A stretch of DNA of 64,000 bases, from assembly GCF_001447785.1 (NCBI RefSeq), contig NW_015175360.1:528933-592932 (forward strand), given 5' to 3'. The notes beneath the pieces are model-generated. The model was not told the DNA's origin, ran no database searches, and was given only the letters and a program-made list of their open reading frames with translations. This DNA is from Gekko japonicus (Eukaryota). Numbering within the stretch: position 1 is the first letter of the stretch; each line of letters begins with the position of its first letter. Shown piece after piece: positions 38,001-49,378 of the stretch. Both the position numbers and the translations under genes were made by a program.

Positions 38001-40125
38001 ATTGAAACTGTGTGTGTGTGTGTTCTGGCAATTCCACTGCAGAGCACTGCTTCACACACGCATCCACACTGTCCCCAGGGGTCCACTGACAACGTGATTT
38101 CGAGGGGAGGGCACAACAAGCTATAGAGGGAGGGGGAAGCAGGAAATTTCTCTTCATCCCCAGTCTGCCAGGGAAATTTGCTGGGTGACCTGGGCCCAGA
38201 CATGTACTTTCAGTCTAAACTACCTCACAGGGTTGTTGTGAGGATAAAAGGAAGGAGAGGGGAACACTGCAAGCCACTTTGGGTCCCCCCTGGGGAGAAA
38301 GGGAGATTTTAAATGAAGTAAGTAAATAAATAAACAACTCTAGTACCACTCTGTTTGTGCGAGAAAAGAAAAATGGTATTATGCAAGGATGGAGGACAAA
38401 TTCCAAAGCAGCACTTATTTTTGAATGTAAAAAATTAAAATAAATTATTAAATGCAAAACATTCTAGAACAAGCCTCTTCCTCCATGCTGCACCTCCACC
38501 AGAAAAAAACAGGACTTATATAGGAGAAAAGCCCATCTTGCCAGGTCCCTGGGAATACAGCCCCCTCTTTCTCCCATCAGAGGTGGTGATAAACAGAAGG
38601 GATGTTGCCTCCTATGACAATTTCATTCATTAGTCAGAATTTTTTTAAAAAACTGTCAAAAACACATAACATACCTTTAAAGGTTGCTGTGAGGATAAAA
38701 TACGAGCAGAGAACCAGGTACAATGCCCTGAATTCCATAAAGGAAGAGTGGAACAAAAATACCTAGACAGATTTGGACCCACTCGTAGAGGAGTTGTGCA
38801 GTTCTGCTCATTTGGGCATCTAGACACCAAACAGGATTGCCAGCCTCCAGGTGGGGTATGGAGATTCCCTGGAACTACAACTGATCTCCAGACCACAGAG
38901 AGAATTCCCCTGGAGAAAATGGATCCTTTAGACAGTGGACTCTATTATTTATTTATTTAATTCAGTTTGTTTATTTATTTAAATTCAGTTTATATTCTGG
39001 CCCTCCCCGCCAATGCGGGCTCAGGGTGGCTTACATAGAATTTTCTATAAATACAATTAAAACTCTATGGTATTATACCCTACTGAGGTCCCTCCCCAAA
39101 CTCTGACCCTCCCAGGATCCACTCTCCAAATTTTCAGGAGCTCCCCAACCTGAAGTTAGCAAGCTTAATAACAAACTGGAATACCTAGCAATTCAACTAT
39201 ACCACAGGGATCTGCACATGGGGATGGAAGCACTTAATTTTTCTTCCCCTCCTGTGTGCCACTCTCACTCCTCACTAGAATATCTTCCTTCGCCACAATT
39301 TCTCCCCAGCTCACATTGACTACACAGCCAGCCAGCCAGCCAGCCACAGAGACTTTGTAGTAAAATTGTACAGAGTACAAATTGTAGTTGCTTCAGAAAT
39401 CTTCTTTTCAGTGAAATGGATGGATGTATCGAACAATTTTTTTCCTGGAAAACAGTTTCAACATAACCACTGTGCTGTCAGTTTTCTCCCTTTCTATCGG
39501 CTTTAATTTATACTGTTCGTTACACTTTTCTTCTGCAAAAGTATGAGAATTGTTGAGCTTGGTAGACCTTTTACTTCTATTTGGAAAGAGAAATAGAGCC
39601 ACTGAATTGTAGACCAGTTTATATTGGGAGGTTGGGTTTCCCTGGAAAGAATGGAAATACCGCTGCTTTGACATCAAGCCTCCCTGAAGAATACCTACAG
39701 TAAAAGACTGATTTCAGTGATAGCTCCAGCAGCAAACCAGCAGTTGTGCCTCGGATCTAAAAGGAAGGGGAGTTTTCTGCATTTAAGCTCTTTGCTACTA
39801 TTGGGGGAGGGGGAGTCAGGCCTCATACTTCTTCCTAATTGGAATGCTGTCACAATAAGGATGCCAAGAGAAACGCAGCACAAAGAAATGCAAAGCATCT
39901 GTCACATGGAGGAGCTTAGAGTCTTTGCAAGATGGAAATGACAGAGCTCTCTTTTGATCTGTGTGAACACCAGCTTCATTAGCGCTCTGATAGAACTTGG
40001 TTCTTCTAAACAGGAGAGAACAATTCACCAACTCCATCATCAGATTTAACTAATTATTTCTTTGGCAAAGAAAATTCTGTTTTGTGCTGGAAAAGCACCC
40101 TTCTGCTTCAAGAATTGTCCAAAAG

Positions 40126-40310
40126 ATATCTCGTCATATCTCAGAAGCTACGCAGTGCCAACCTTGGCAAGTACTTGGAAGGGAGACTTCTAAGCAATAC
40201 CAGGGCTGGGATGCAGAGGCAGCCAATAATAAGCCACCTCTCTGAAATGTCTAAGCCCCATTAGGGGTCGCCAGAAGTCGATCATGACTTCCAGGCACAT
40301 GCACACACAC
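40126..40310 (+). mobile_element. 5S rRNA-derived SINE
   Basis: Degenerate 5S internal control region (atctcagaagctacgcag...agtacttggaagggagac) followed by a non-5S tail. Related copies at 44117-44250 (+) and 44545-44730 (-). Confidence 0.75.
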
Positions 40311-41454
40311 AAAAAAAGATTTGTCCAAAAGGTCTCACACAGACCTAACCCAAAATGCTGAAAAATTATTGCACTGTATTGGTACTTTCCCCCCCTAATC
40401 CCACCTTTCTTCCAAAGAGCTCAGGACAGCATACATAGCTACTCCCATTTTATCTGGGAGGGGCTGTGGCTCAGTGGTAGAGCATTTATTTATTTTTTTG
40501 CAGACAACAGGTCCCAGGTTCAACCTCCAGCATCTCCAGTTTCAGGAATCTGACAACAACGATCTCCACCTGAGAGCCTAACAACAGTGACCATGGTGGA
40601 CGAAGAATCTGATTCAATATAAGACAACTTCATGTATTCCTGCCCACATTAACATCTATTTCTATTTATTTACACCCCAATTGTCTCCCCAGCGAGGACC
40701 CAAAGTGGATTACAAGATGGTTCCTCACCCCAGCAATCCTTAGGACCACCAATTGTCTGGAGAGAAAAAATGTCCTGTTCCTTTCATAAAGGCTTAACAG
40801 GATGTTATATTTATTTATTTAAAATATTTATTTGTCTGCCTTTCCCCTGAACATTTCAGGACCCAAGGCGGTAACCATACCATCAAAACAATTTCATAAA
40901 CATCCAAAACAGTAGACATAAAACATTTTAAAAGACCTATGCGCGCACACCTCATGCCCTCACCAGTCCTCTTTGCCCATGCTCAGGCTGCCTCCAAAGC
41001 TCTTTGGAACAGCTCTGTTCTGCAGGATCATTGCCAGGAAGGTAGGAGCCCCAAGTCATGTGGTCCCCAGATCACGAAGGCCTTTAAAGGTAAGTGCCAG
41101 TACCTTGAACTGAACCTGGAAACTAACTGGCAACTAGTGAAAGGATCTCAAAATAGGAGCAATGTGCTCCTGCTGGCTAATCACACATAACAAACAAGCT
41201 GTCCCATCTTGCACCAGCTGCAGGTTCCAGACTGTCTTCAAGAGCAGCCGCATGTACAGCACATTACAGCCACTCAGACTTGAGGTTACTTAAGTATGGA
41301 CCATTGCAGCCATTTCAGGAGTCTGCAAATAGGGAGTAAGCCTCCTAACTACATGTAGCTGAGGAAAAGCATTTTTGCCCTCAGTGACACCTGTTTCTCC
41401 AACAGGAGACCAGGATCCAGCAAGACTCCCAAGATCTTAAGAGAGTCTCAAACC

Positions 41455-41650
41455 AAAGCTAGTTTCCAGTCCAGTAGAACCTTAGGGACCAACAAGATTT
41501 TTAGCATACGAGCTTTTGAGAGTAAAAGCTCCATTTGTCAGATAGGGAGCTTTTATTCTCGAAAGCTCATACGCTAAAAACCATTTGTCTCCAAGATGCT
41601 ACTGGACTGGAATCTAGCTGCTCTATGGCAGATCAACACAGCTACCCTCT
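41455..41650. repeat. Penelope-type inverted repeat with decayed hammerhead motif
   Basis: Arms cagtccagtag...agcatacgagcttttgagagtaaaagctcc and ggagcttttattctcgaaagctcatacgct...ctactggactg are inverted copies. Confidence 0.7.
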
Positions 41651-42966
41651 AACACTATCAGCAAAAGCTGTACACCATTGAAGACAGGGAGAACCTTCCC
41701 AAGTAAAACAGCCAATGTCATCTCTGTCCTGTCTGGAATCACCTCTCCTCTCCAGCCAGCATCATCTCTGTCTTCTCTGGATGCAGCTTCAGTTTGCTCT
41801 CCTGCAGCCACGTGGCCACTGGATTCAGTCACTGGGTCAGGACAGAGACAGCAGCAGCTGATGGCTTATTCAGGATAATCTACAGCATATTGAGAACAGC
41901 CTATTCAGCAACTGTGGATGATCTCATTAAGGGGCCTTGGTGGTGGAAGGCTGCTGTCAAGTTGCAACCAACTTATTGCAACACCACAGGATTTTCAAGG
42001 CGAGAGACATTCAGCCAAGCAGGCAGCTGCTGCCTGCCACTGCGTAGCTCCCACAGGAACAATTCAGCATCTCCCACTGCAACCTTTTGTGGACAGTCTG
42101 ACAGGACAGACTAATAATTAATTATAATTATCCTATGGCAATGTGTGTAGTATAGCCAGGAGATCCAAAGATTGTCTGGCAGCCTTAAGTTCTATCCCTT
42201 TAGCATTATGCACCACTAAAGTGGCAAGCTAGACTTGAGAGAGCTCTGAAAGAGCTTTGACTGACCCAAGGTCACCCAGCTGGCTTCATGTGGAGGAGTG
42301 CGTAATTGAACCCGGTTCTCCAGATTAGAGTCCATCACTCTTAACCACTACACCACGCTGGATCTCACTGGACAGACTGGAACCGTCTCAGTACTGCTCT
42401 ACCCAGATCCATCTTACCTTCCAGACACCTCTGCAGTATCATTGGCTCACCCATATGAAGACTGTTAACAGACCTAATGGCAAAAATTTACTAGGTAATG
42501 TTATATACCTGCATGCCATGAAAAACTAGAAATGCTCATTCCTACACATTAAGCCTCTATTAAAGGGACATTTTTTTCTCCCAGATCCTAGTCCAGTACT
42601 CTAACCACTACAGAGTTATTTTTATTTTTCAGATGGGGAACAGAGGCCTGGGGAAAAACATTTCACCCAAAGCCATCCATGAATAAATGAACCATTTTTT
42701 GATTCCTGGTATTTTCCTGCACATACTCGAGATGGTTGCATGCCTGTTAGAGATTCCTTAGCCCATGCCCTTTTGTTCTCAAGACTACCTAATGTACATC
42801 CATTTGTTTGTTGTACTTTTTTACATATTTGTACCATCCTTCCAGGCAGGGTAATCAGTGCCCCCCAATACCTTTTAATGCAGTCACCTTTATGGGTGTA
42901 AAAGGGATGCTTATCTATATTACTGTTTTTTAGTCCAGGATTAAGGGGTGGTACTTCTATCTTATA

Positions 42967-43278
42967 AAAGGTAAAGGTTTCCCTTGCTCGAAAGCTAGTT
43001 GTATTCAACTCTAGGGGGCGGTGCTCATCTCCATTTCCAAGCCGAAGAGCCAGCGCTGTCTGAAGACGTTTCTGTGCTCATGTGGCCAGCGTGACTAAAC
43101 GCCGAGGCGCACGGAACGCTGTTACCTTCCCACTGAAGCGTTCGAACTACTAGGTTGGCAGGAGCTGGCGCTAGAGACGGGAGCTAAGTGCGTCATGCAG
43201 CACTAGGGTCTCAAACTGGCAAACTACAGACCTTCTGGTCTACAGCTCAGCATCTTAACCTTTAAGTCACTGCGGCTT
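42967..43278 (-). mobile_element. Sauria SINE
   Basis: Begins aaaggtaaaggt (reverse tail); reverse complement of the same family. Confidence 0.82.
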
Positions 43279-43299
43279 CTATCCTGAGCCAGTATCATA

Positions 43300-44078
43300 A
43301 TGCCCCTGTACAAATTGATGGTGCAACCTCATTTGGAATACTGTGTACAGTTCTTGTCACCTAGGGCTGCCGCGGGGGACAGCGATACGCGTTGCACCGC
43401 TGCCGCCAGGATGTGACGCTACGCGTCGCTCTGGCAACGGGTCTGTTTGGAGTCCAGTTTGCTTAGCCAGTTTGGTGTAGTGGTTAAGAAACTAGAATGA
43501 TAAAAGGGTTGGAACACGCTTGGGAGACCACCTATGAAGAAAGGTTAAAGCGCTTGGGGCTCTTTAGCTTAGAGAAACGACGGCTGAGGGGTGACATGAT
43601 CGAGGTTTATAAGATTATGCATGGGATAGAATAGATAGAGAAAGAAGTACTTTTCTCCCTTTCTCACAATACAAGAACTCATGGGCACTTGATGAAATTG
43701 CTGAGCAGTCAGGTTAGAACAGATAAAAGGAAGTCCTTCTTCACCCAAAGAGTGATTAACACAGGGAATCCACTGCCACAGGAGGTGACGGCAGCTACAA
43801 GCATGGACGGCTTCAAGAGGGAATTAGATAAACACATGGAGCAGAGGTCCATCAGTGGGTATTAGCCACAAGGTATAGATAGGAACTCTCAGTCTGAGGC
43901 AAGTGATGCTCTGTATTCTTGGTGCTTGGGGGGGGCAACAGTGGGAGGGCTCCTAGTGTCCTGGCCCCACTGCTGGACCTCCTGATGGCACCTGGTATTT
44001 TTGGCCACTGTGTGACAGTGTGTTGGACTGGATGGGCCATTGGCCTGATCCAAAATTGGCTTCTCTTATGTTCTTATG
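43300..44078 (+). mobile_element. CR1 LINE 3' fragment with nested insertions
   Basis: PHLEYCVQF at about 43326-43352, [15 protein letters not shown], ttatgttcttatg tail; interrupted at about 43361-43490. Confidence 0.85.
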
Positions 44079-44319
44079 ACCTGGATGGCCCAGGCAAGCT
44101 CTACCTTAAAAGCTACGCTTGGGAGACCACCAATAAAGTCCAGGGCTGGTATACACAGGCAGGCAATGGCCAATGACCTCTGAATGTGTCTAGCCTTGAA
44201 AGCCCTACAGAATCGCCATAAATTGGATATGACTTGATGGCACTTTCCACCCCCACCCCCCAACCATGTGGTGTAAAAGAACGTAATTTTGGGTACACAG
44301 AATGATTACTGGGATGGTT

Positions 44320-44512
44320 ACAGATCAAGATGGATAGCAGTGTTAGTCTGTCCGTAGCAGTAGAAAAAGCAAGAGTCCAGTAGCACCTTAAGGACTAACA
44401 ACATTTGCGGCAGGGTGTGAGCTTTCATGAGCAGTGACTCTTGAAGGCTCCTACCTTGCCCAAATTTCGTTAGTCCTTAAGGCTCTACTGGACTCTTGTT
44501 CTTTTCTACTAC
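44320..44512. repeat. Penelope-type palindromic repeat
   Basis: Long inverted arms 44354-44398 and 44469-44512 (gtagaaaa...gagtccagtag...cttaaggactaac). Confidence 0.7.
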
Positions 44513-44544
44513 TAGGATGGTGGTGGTTGTTATTTTTGCTGTTA

Positions 44545-44730
44545 TGTCACAGCTGACTTATGGTGACCCCACAGGGTTTTTAAGGCAAGAGAGGTTCAGA
44601 GGTAGTTTGTCATTGTCTGCCTCTTCGCCATGACCTTTGTATTCCTTGGTGGTCACCCATCCAAATACTGCTTGCTTAGCTTCTGAGATCTGAGAGATCA
44701 GGCTAGTAGCCTGGGCTACCGGAGTCAGGG
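44545..44730 (-). mobile_element. 5S rRNA-derived SINE
   Basis: Reverse complement reads gatctcagaagctaagcaagcagtatttggatgggtgacc, then the shared tail. Confidence 0.72.
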
Positions 44731-45479
44731 CTACTAGGATGGCTAATGCGTGGTAAATGGAGATTTTTCTAATCATTTAGAAAAGAAAAAAGGAGTTCTA
44801 TAGCACCTTAAAACCTAACAGGCTTATTGCATTGTACACTTTTAGCCTTTAAGGAGCCATAAGACTCCTCTTGTTGCTGCAGTAACACAGTTTGTTTGCA
44901 GGATCCTTGCGAACTGAGGAAAGACTCTAATCTGCATTGGTGCTAGTTAATAGTGGTCCTTTGGGGCTTCTTTACACTAAAGCAGCGATGCTACCCAATT
45001 TTTTTTGTAATGCACTGCCCTGTTTATCTTAATGACTGGCTCCTCCGTTTTGATTTAAAAAACAACAACAGGTGATGCTGGGCCCTGGGTGTTAAGACCT
45101 ATTCCCGAATGAATTTCAGTTTTGTATATATTTGACACCTGATTCAAATATATGCTGAACTGAAGCCAAAGCTACCACAGGAGGAATCCTCCAGTTGTCT
45201 GCTTCTGAAAAGCCTCTGTTTCCAGCTTGGCAAGCACAATCGTGTCAACCGTCCAAACAAACCGAAAAGCTAACGTCCTCCCGCCTCCCTCCACTCCCAA
45301 TGAGCGACGCCTACTAAACTTCAACCATAAACTTGAACTTGGAGAATGTTTAGATTAGATTAATGCACGTCCACTGATCGTGACTCATGGGTAGGGGTTT
45401 CTGGGCACTCCCCTTCACCCAAAAGGACTGCACGAACCTCCCTTGCTTACATGGTTTTCTATTTGTTTATAGGGCGATT

Positions 45480-46270
45480 GCAGCTTGACCCCAAGCTCAG
45501 CAACCGAAGGTGGCAGAGACGGGACGACCCAGAGCCCGATTCTCGCCAGCCATATAAGCAGCACAGTCGTTGGAGGCGCCGGAGATCTTCTGGATCTTAG
45601 GGATCGCTCTGGATCCCACGCTGGCGCGCAGCTCCGACTCGCCCGTCCCCAGCCTTCTCCTCTCCCCTCGTCACGGCTTGCCCCTCACCTTGCCGTATTT
45701 CCTGAGCTTCTTCCTGCGCTTTCTACTTTTGCGCTCGGCTCGCTGCGCTTGCTGCTCCACGTCGGCGCCGAGCGGCTCGTACTTGTCCGGGAGGATGGCA
45801 AACGCGACTCGCTTGGAGGAGCCCCCGGAGCCTTCCTCGGCGTGGCCCTCCGGCGCCCGCTTCCCTTGTTGCGCCTCCTCCTCCGCCTCCTCTTCTTCCT
45901 CGAGGATGGCGGTCGTGTCTTCTGCGGGGCCCCCCCGCCGGAGCCCCCGGGCTCTCAGGGTCCCCCCCACGCCCACCTTGGCCCCGCCGACGGTCATCAT
46001 GCTCGGACGGCCTCTGGTTGCGAAAGCCAGAGGCACCTTTGCTCTTCCCCGCCTAAGGTCAGGCGGTGCCTGGCTGAGGGAGGCCACCGGTGGAGCTCGA
46101 GAGAGACGTTCGGAGCAGGCTGGGACTCGGCTGGGCCCCCGCCAAAGCCCGCCCGCCTCCCCGCCTGGAGGAACGGGTTGAGCCACCACCCTGCTCAAAG
46201 GCCCAGCTCCAAACTATTTACAGCACCGCTTCCCCTCGCACCGAGAAAGCACTTCAGTCCGGTCTAAAGA
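45480..46270 (-). promoter_or_regulatory. CpG island / promoter of C1orf115
   Basis: GC- and CpG-rich block over exon 1 and upstream, with GC boxes near 46147-46165. Confidence 0.7.
45689..46000 (-). CDS. C1orf115: C1orf115 (RDD1) orthologue, exon 1
   Basis: MMTVGG...AILEEEEEAEEE...KRVAFAILPDKYEPL...KKLRKYGK|gtgagg. Matches human MTVG.../RVHFALLPERYEPL/KLKKYGK; CpG island; syntenic between MARK1 and MTARC. Confidence 0.92.
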
Positions 46271-46646
46271 GCCGATGCAGGCTGAGAGGAAAAAACAACA
46301 ACACGCGATACATGGTATTGTTAGGAGAACAGCTTGAATTCTTTTCCTCGCCGCCAGACTTCTGTGTTCCTCTGAGAACTCTGCAAACAGTAATGCAAAC
46401 CAGATTTCTCCCTTTTTTATCATTTAGGCCAGGATCCAACAGAGTTGGGCATGCGAACTCTGCCATTAAATTGAGCTGCTAGCATTCAGCAAGCCTTCAC
46501 AAGTATCTCTGAGCCCTTTTAAATTTGTTCCCTTGGAAAATACAGATCTTCCCTCAAGAAAGTAGAGCTGATGTTGATGGCCTGATCCATAGGATACAAC
46601 TGTTACAGGATGGTTGGAGCTGTGCCTCTTTAAATTCCAGTGGGTA

Positions 46647-46866
46647 TGTGGTCGCCAATTCTGGGTTGGGAAATACCTGGAGATTTAGAGGGATGGAGCC
46701 TAGGGAAGGTGCGGTTTGTGGAGAGGAGGGACCTCAATGGTATATAATGCCATAGAGTCCACCCTCCAAAGCTAGCATTTTCTCCAGGGGGAATGACCTT
46801 TATTGCCTGGAGATCCTTTGTCATTCCAGGATATCTCCATGTCCCACCTGGAGGTTGGCAACCCTA
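46647..46866. mobile_element. Non-autonomous DNA element with TAGGGTTGCCA-type termini
   Basis: Ends tggcaacccta. Related copies at about 15564-15822, 38835-39165, 49690-49915, 50322-50668 and 51570-51860. Confidence 0.65.
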
Positions 46867-48061
46867 CACAGGCACTGTACATTTTCAGTGATTTTTTAAA
46901 AAAATTGTCCAGAAGCATATAAACAAACCCTCCCAACAAACAAACAAACAAACCTCGATGCCCAGTTCACCCAAGTGGATACCATGATATAATTGTACAG
47001 GCATAAAGGACACAGTTCCCACAACAAGGACACTTCCCTTATATTATTACTGGATGACTGTGTCAGTGGGGGAAGGGCTCAGTGGAATGGGGAGGGACAG
47101 GAAAGAATGTGGACTGTAAGCACCTTACCTCATGACTTGAACCCTGGAAACTCCCATTTTCAATAATGGAGGAGGGGTGACGCTGCATTCATTAGGCTTG
47201 TATACCTTCCCTCCAGAGTACCTGGAGATCTACTTGCATTCTGCTTAAAGAAATCTCCTCTCCACATACACATATAATAGCGAAACAATGTCAGTTTTAT
47301 AAGTATAAACTTAACAGTATTTAACTCAGTGTCATTAGGCACAGAGAAACTAGATATGAAAAAAAAAATCCTCACTACCTCTCCTTTTTACAACTGTATG
47401 CTATTTCCTCTTTTAAGTTCAGCGCCTTGCTGGCAGGAATTCATTAATAAGCTTATCCTGTTTTCCTTGGATGCATGTACTAAAGCCATTACCAAGTCAT
47501 TAAGTATTATCCCACGCCTCGCTGTCCAGCCACTGCATTAAGACTGTTCTTTTAATTATCAAGATATTAAGAATTTTTCACAGCAGGAGCTGTCAGTAAA
47601 AAAAATTCTTCTGACTTCCTTCCCTACCCCACCCCACTATTGCTGTTGAGGTCTCCAGTACTGAGATAAAAACCTGTTAAGGATCACCTTTGAAATAGAA
47701 CAAAAATGCATGACCAAAGAAACATTGTACAAGGCCACTTGTGTGTGTGGCAGAATCCAAACTTACAGAGATGTTGTTTGCTAGCCCCTCTTTAACAACC
47801 AAAAACCCTTAGGCACATTACTTTTAACATTATATGTCAAATTTATATGTGGATTATCAAGGAGTTAAAAAAAAATCTCCAAGGCCACAGTGCTTGTTGA
47901 AAGAACACATGCTATGATGCAGACAGTATAGAATCTTTCACATGTAAACATTCCTGTATAAACAGAGCAAGATTCTAATCCTCATGGCAAGAGGAGGGGA
48001 AAGCTATTAAAACACAGAGCAGGTTTATGCTAAACATTCTCAACATTGAACAGAACTCTAA

Positions 48062-48698
48062 TCTATATACTAATAGTCGAGAGGCCCCCTCTGTGCGGAT
48101 ATCTAAATCCGCACATTGGGGGCACTTGGGGGGCAGAGAGATTTTCCTGCACACTTGGGGCAATCCCCAGGTGTGCAGAAAAATATGAAGAGTTTAAAAA
48201 ACTATACGGGGGATACTTAAATCCTCCCAAAAGTAAGAGTGTTCCCTGCACATGTGCAGAGAATGCCCTGGGAATTGTCCTGCGACTGCTGCTAGTGCTG
48301 GGGGGGGAGGGAGAAGTCTTGGTGGGCTGGTGGCTGTGAGCCGCTCAGGCCTTGCCACCGGTGCCACAGGGGGGAGGGAGAAGGCTTGGTGGCTCAGGCC
48401 TCGCTGTCGCTGCTGGGGGGGAGAAGGTTTGGCGGGCCCGGCGGCTGGGAGCCACGTGGGCCTCGCCGTCGGGGGGTGGGAGAGGTTTGGCCGGCCTGGT
48501 GCTGGGAGCTGCACAGGCCTCGCTGTTGCTGGCAGGGGGTGGGGGAGAAGGTTTGGCGGGCCTGGCAACTGGGAGCCGTGCAGTCCTTGCTGTTGGGGCC
48601 AGGCAGGGGCGGGGGAGAGGGGGAGCAGGCTCACTTGCAGTGGCTTCCTCTATATGTAGCTCCTCCCCCCCACGAGTACCGCAGGTCCCCGCTTCTTG
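48062..48698 (+). mobile_element. Putative non-autonomous Helitron
   Basis: Starts A|TCTATATACTAATA; ends with a CpG-decayed hairpin (cccacg-agtac-cgcagg) then CTTG|T; no TIR or TSD. Confidence 0.5.
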
Positions 48699-48716
48699 TC
48701 TTGTCTATATATCTAA

Positions 48717-49378
48717 CTAGGAGGCAGGCCCGTTGCGGCCCAAAATGCAACAAGCTTCTAGCAGAGGGCCTGGGTGAGCATGGCATTGTGGAGGAGGTGT
48801 GCTCCCCCCCCTCCCAGAGCCCTGGCCAAGCGCGAGGCAGCCTGGAGGCGCGGAGGAGTGCGGGGCCGGGTGTGCACTGGTCCCCACCAGGACCGCAGGC
48901 AGTCGGCGGTGGGACAGAAGGCCACCTATAGGCCGCACCATAGCCAGAGCCGTCCCACAGCCCCTAACGGAGGCGGAGTGAAGGAGGGGCAGAGGAGCAC
49001 GAGTCCGGGCGAAGGAGCAGAGTGTCAGGGCAGCAGGCGGCGCGCTGCGGAGGGCGGAAGAGCCGCCAGGGTGGGGGAGAAGGAGGCGAGAAGGCAGGGT
49101 GCCGGGCAAGCAAGCCCTTTCGGCCGCCAGAGCACATGCCACCTCTGCCGCCTTGCAGCTTACTGAGGCGGAAAGGCTGGGCGGCGATTCTGGTAGAGGG
49201 TGGGTGGGACATTGACAACACATGGGCAAGCAGTCACCAATGGATGGCGAGACCCTGCCAATGCAGCCACCAATAGATGGCGAGACCTTGTGATCGACAG
49301 GTCTCCTGGCCAAAGCCTGTGGGTGTGTGTTCCAGGACTCACACAAAATGAGCTTTATATATAAAGAGAGAAGAGAGA
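48717..49378 (-). mobile_element. Putative non-autonomous Helitron
   Basis: Minus strand starts A|TCTCTC...TTTATATATAAA; ends with hairpin gcttgttgc...gcaacgggc then CTAG|T; no TSD. Confidence 0.65.

Noticed and set aside
40126-40210. 5S rRNA gene
   Set aside because: Degenerate, lacks the 5S termini and T-run terminator, and continues into a SINE tail shared with other copies.
45485-46267. 260-aa and 203-aa plus-strand ORFs
   Set aside because: Antisense shadows of the GC-rich C1orf115 exon 1 and CpG island; no recognisable domain.
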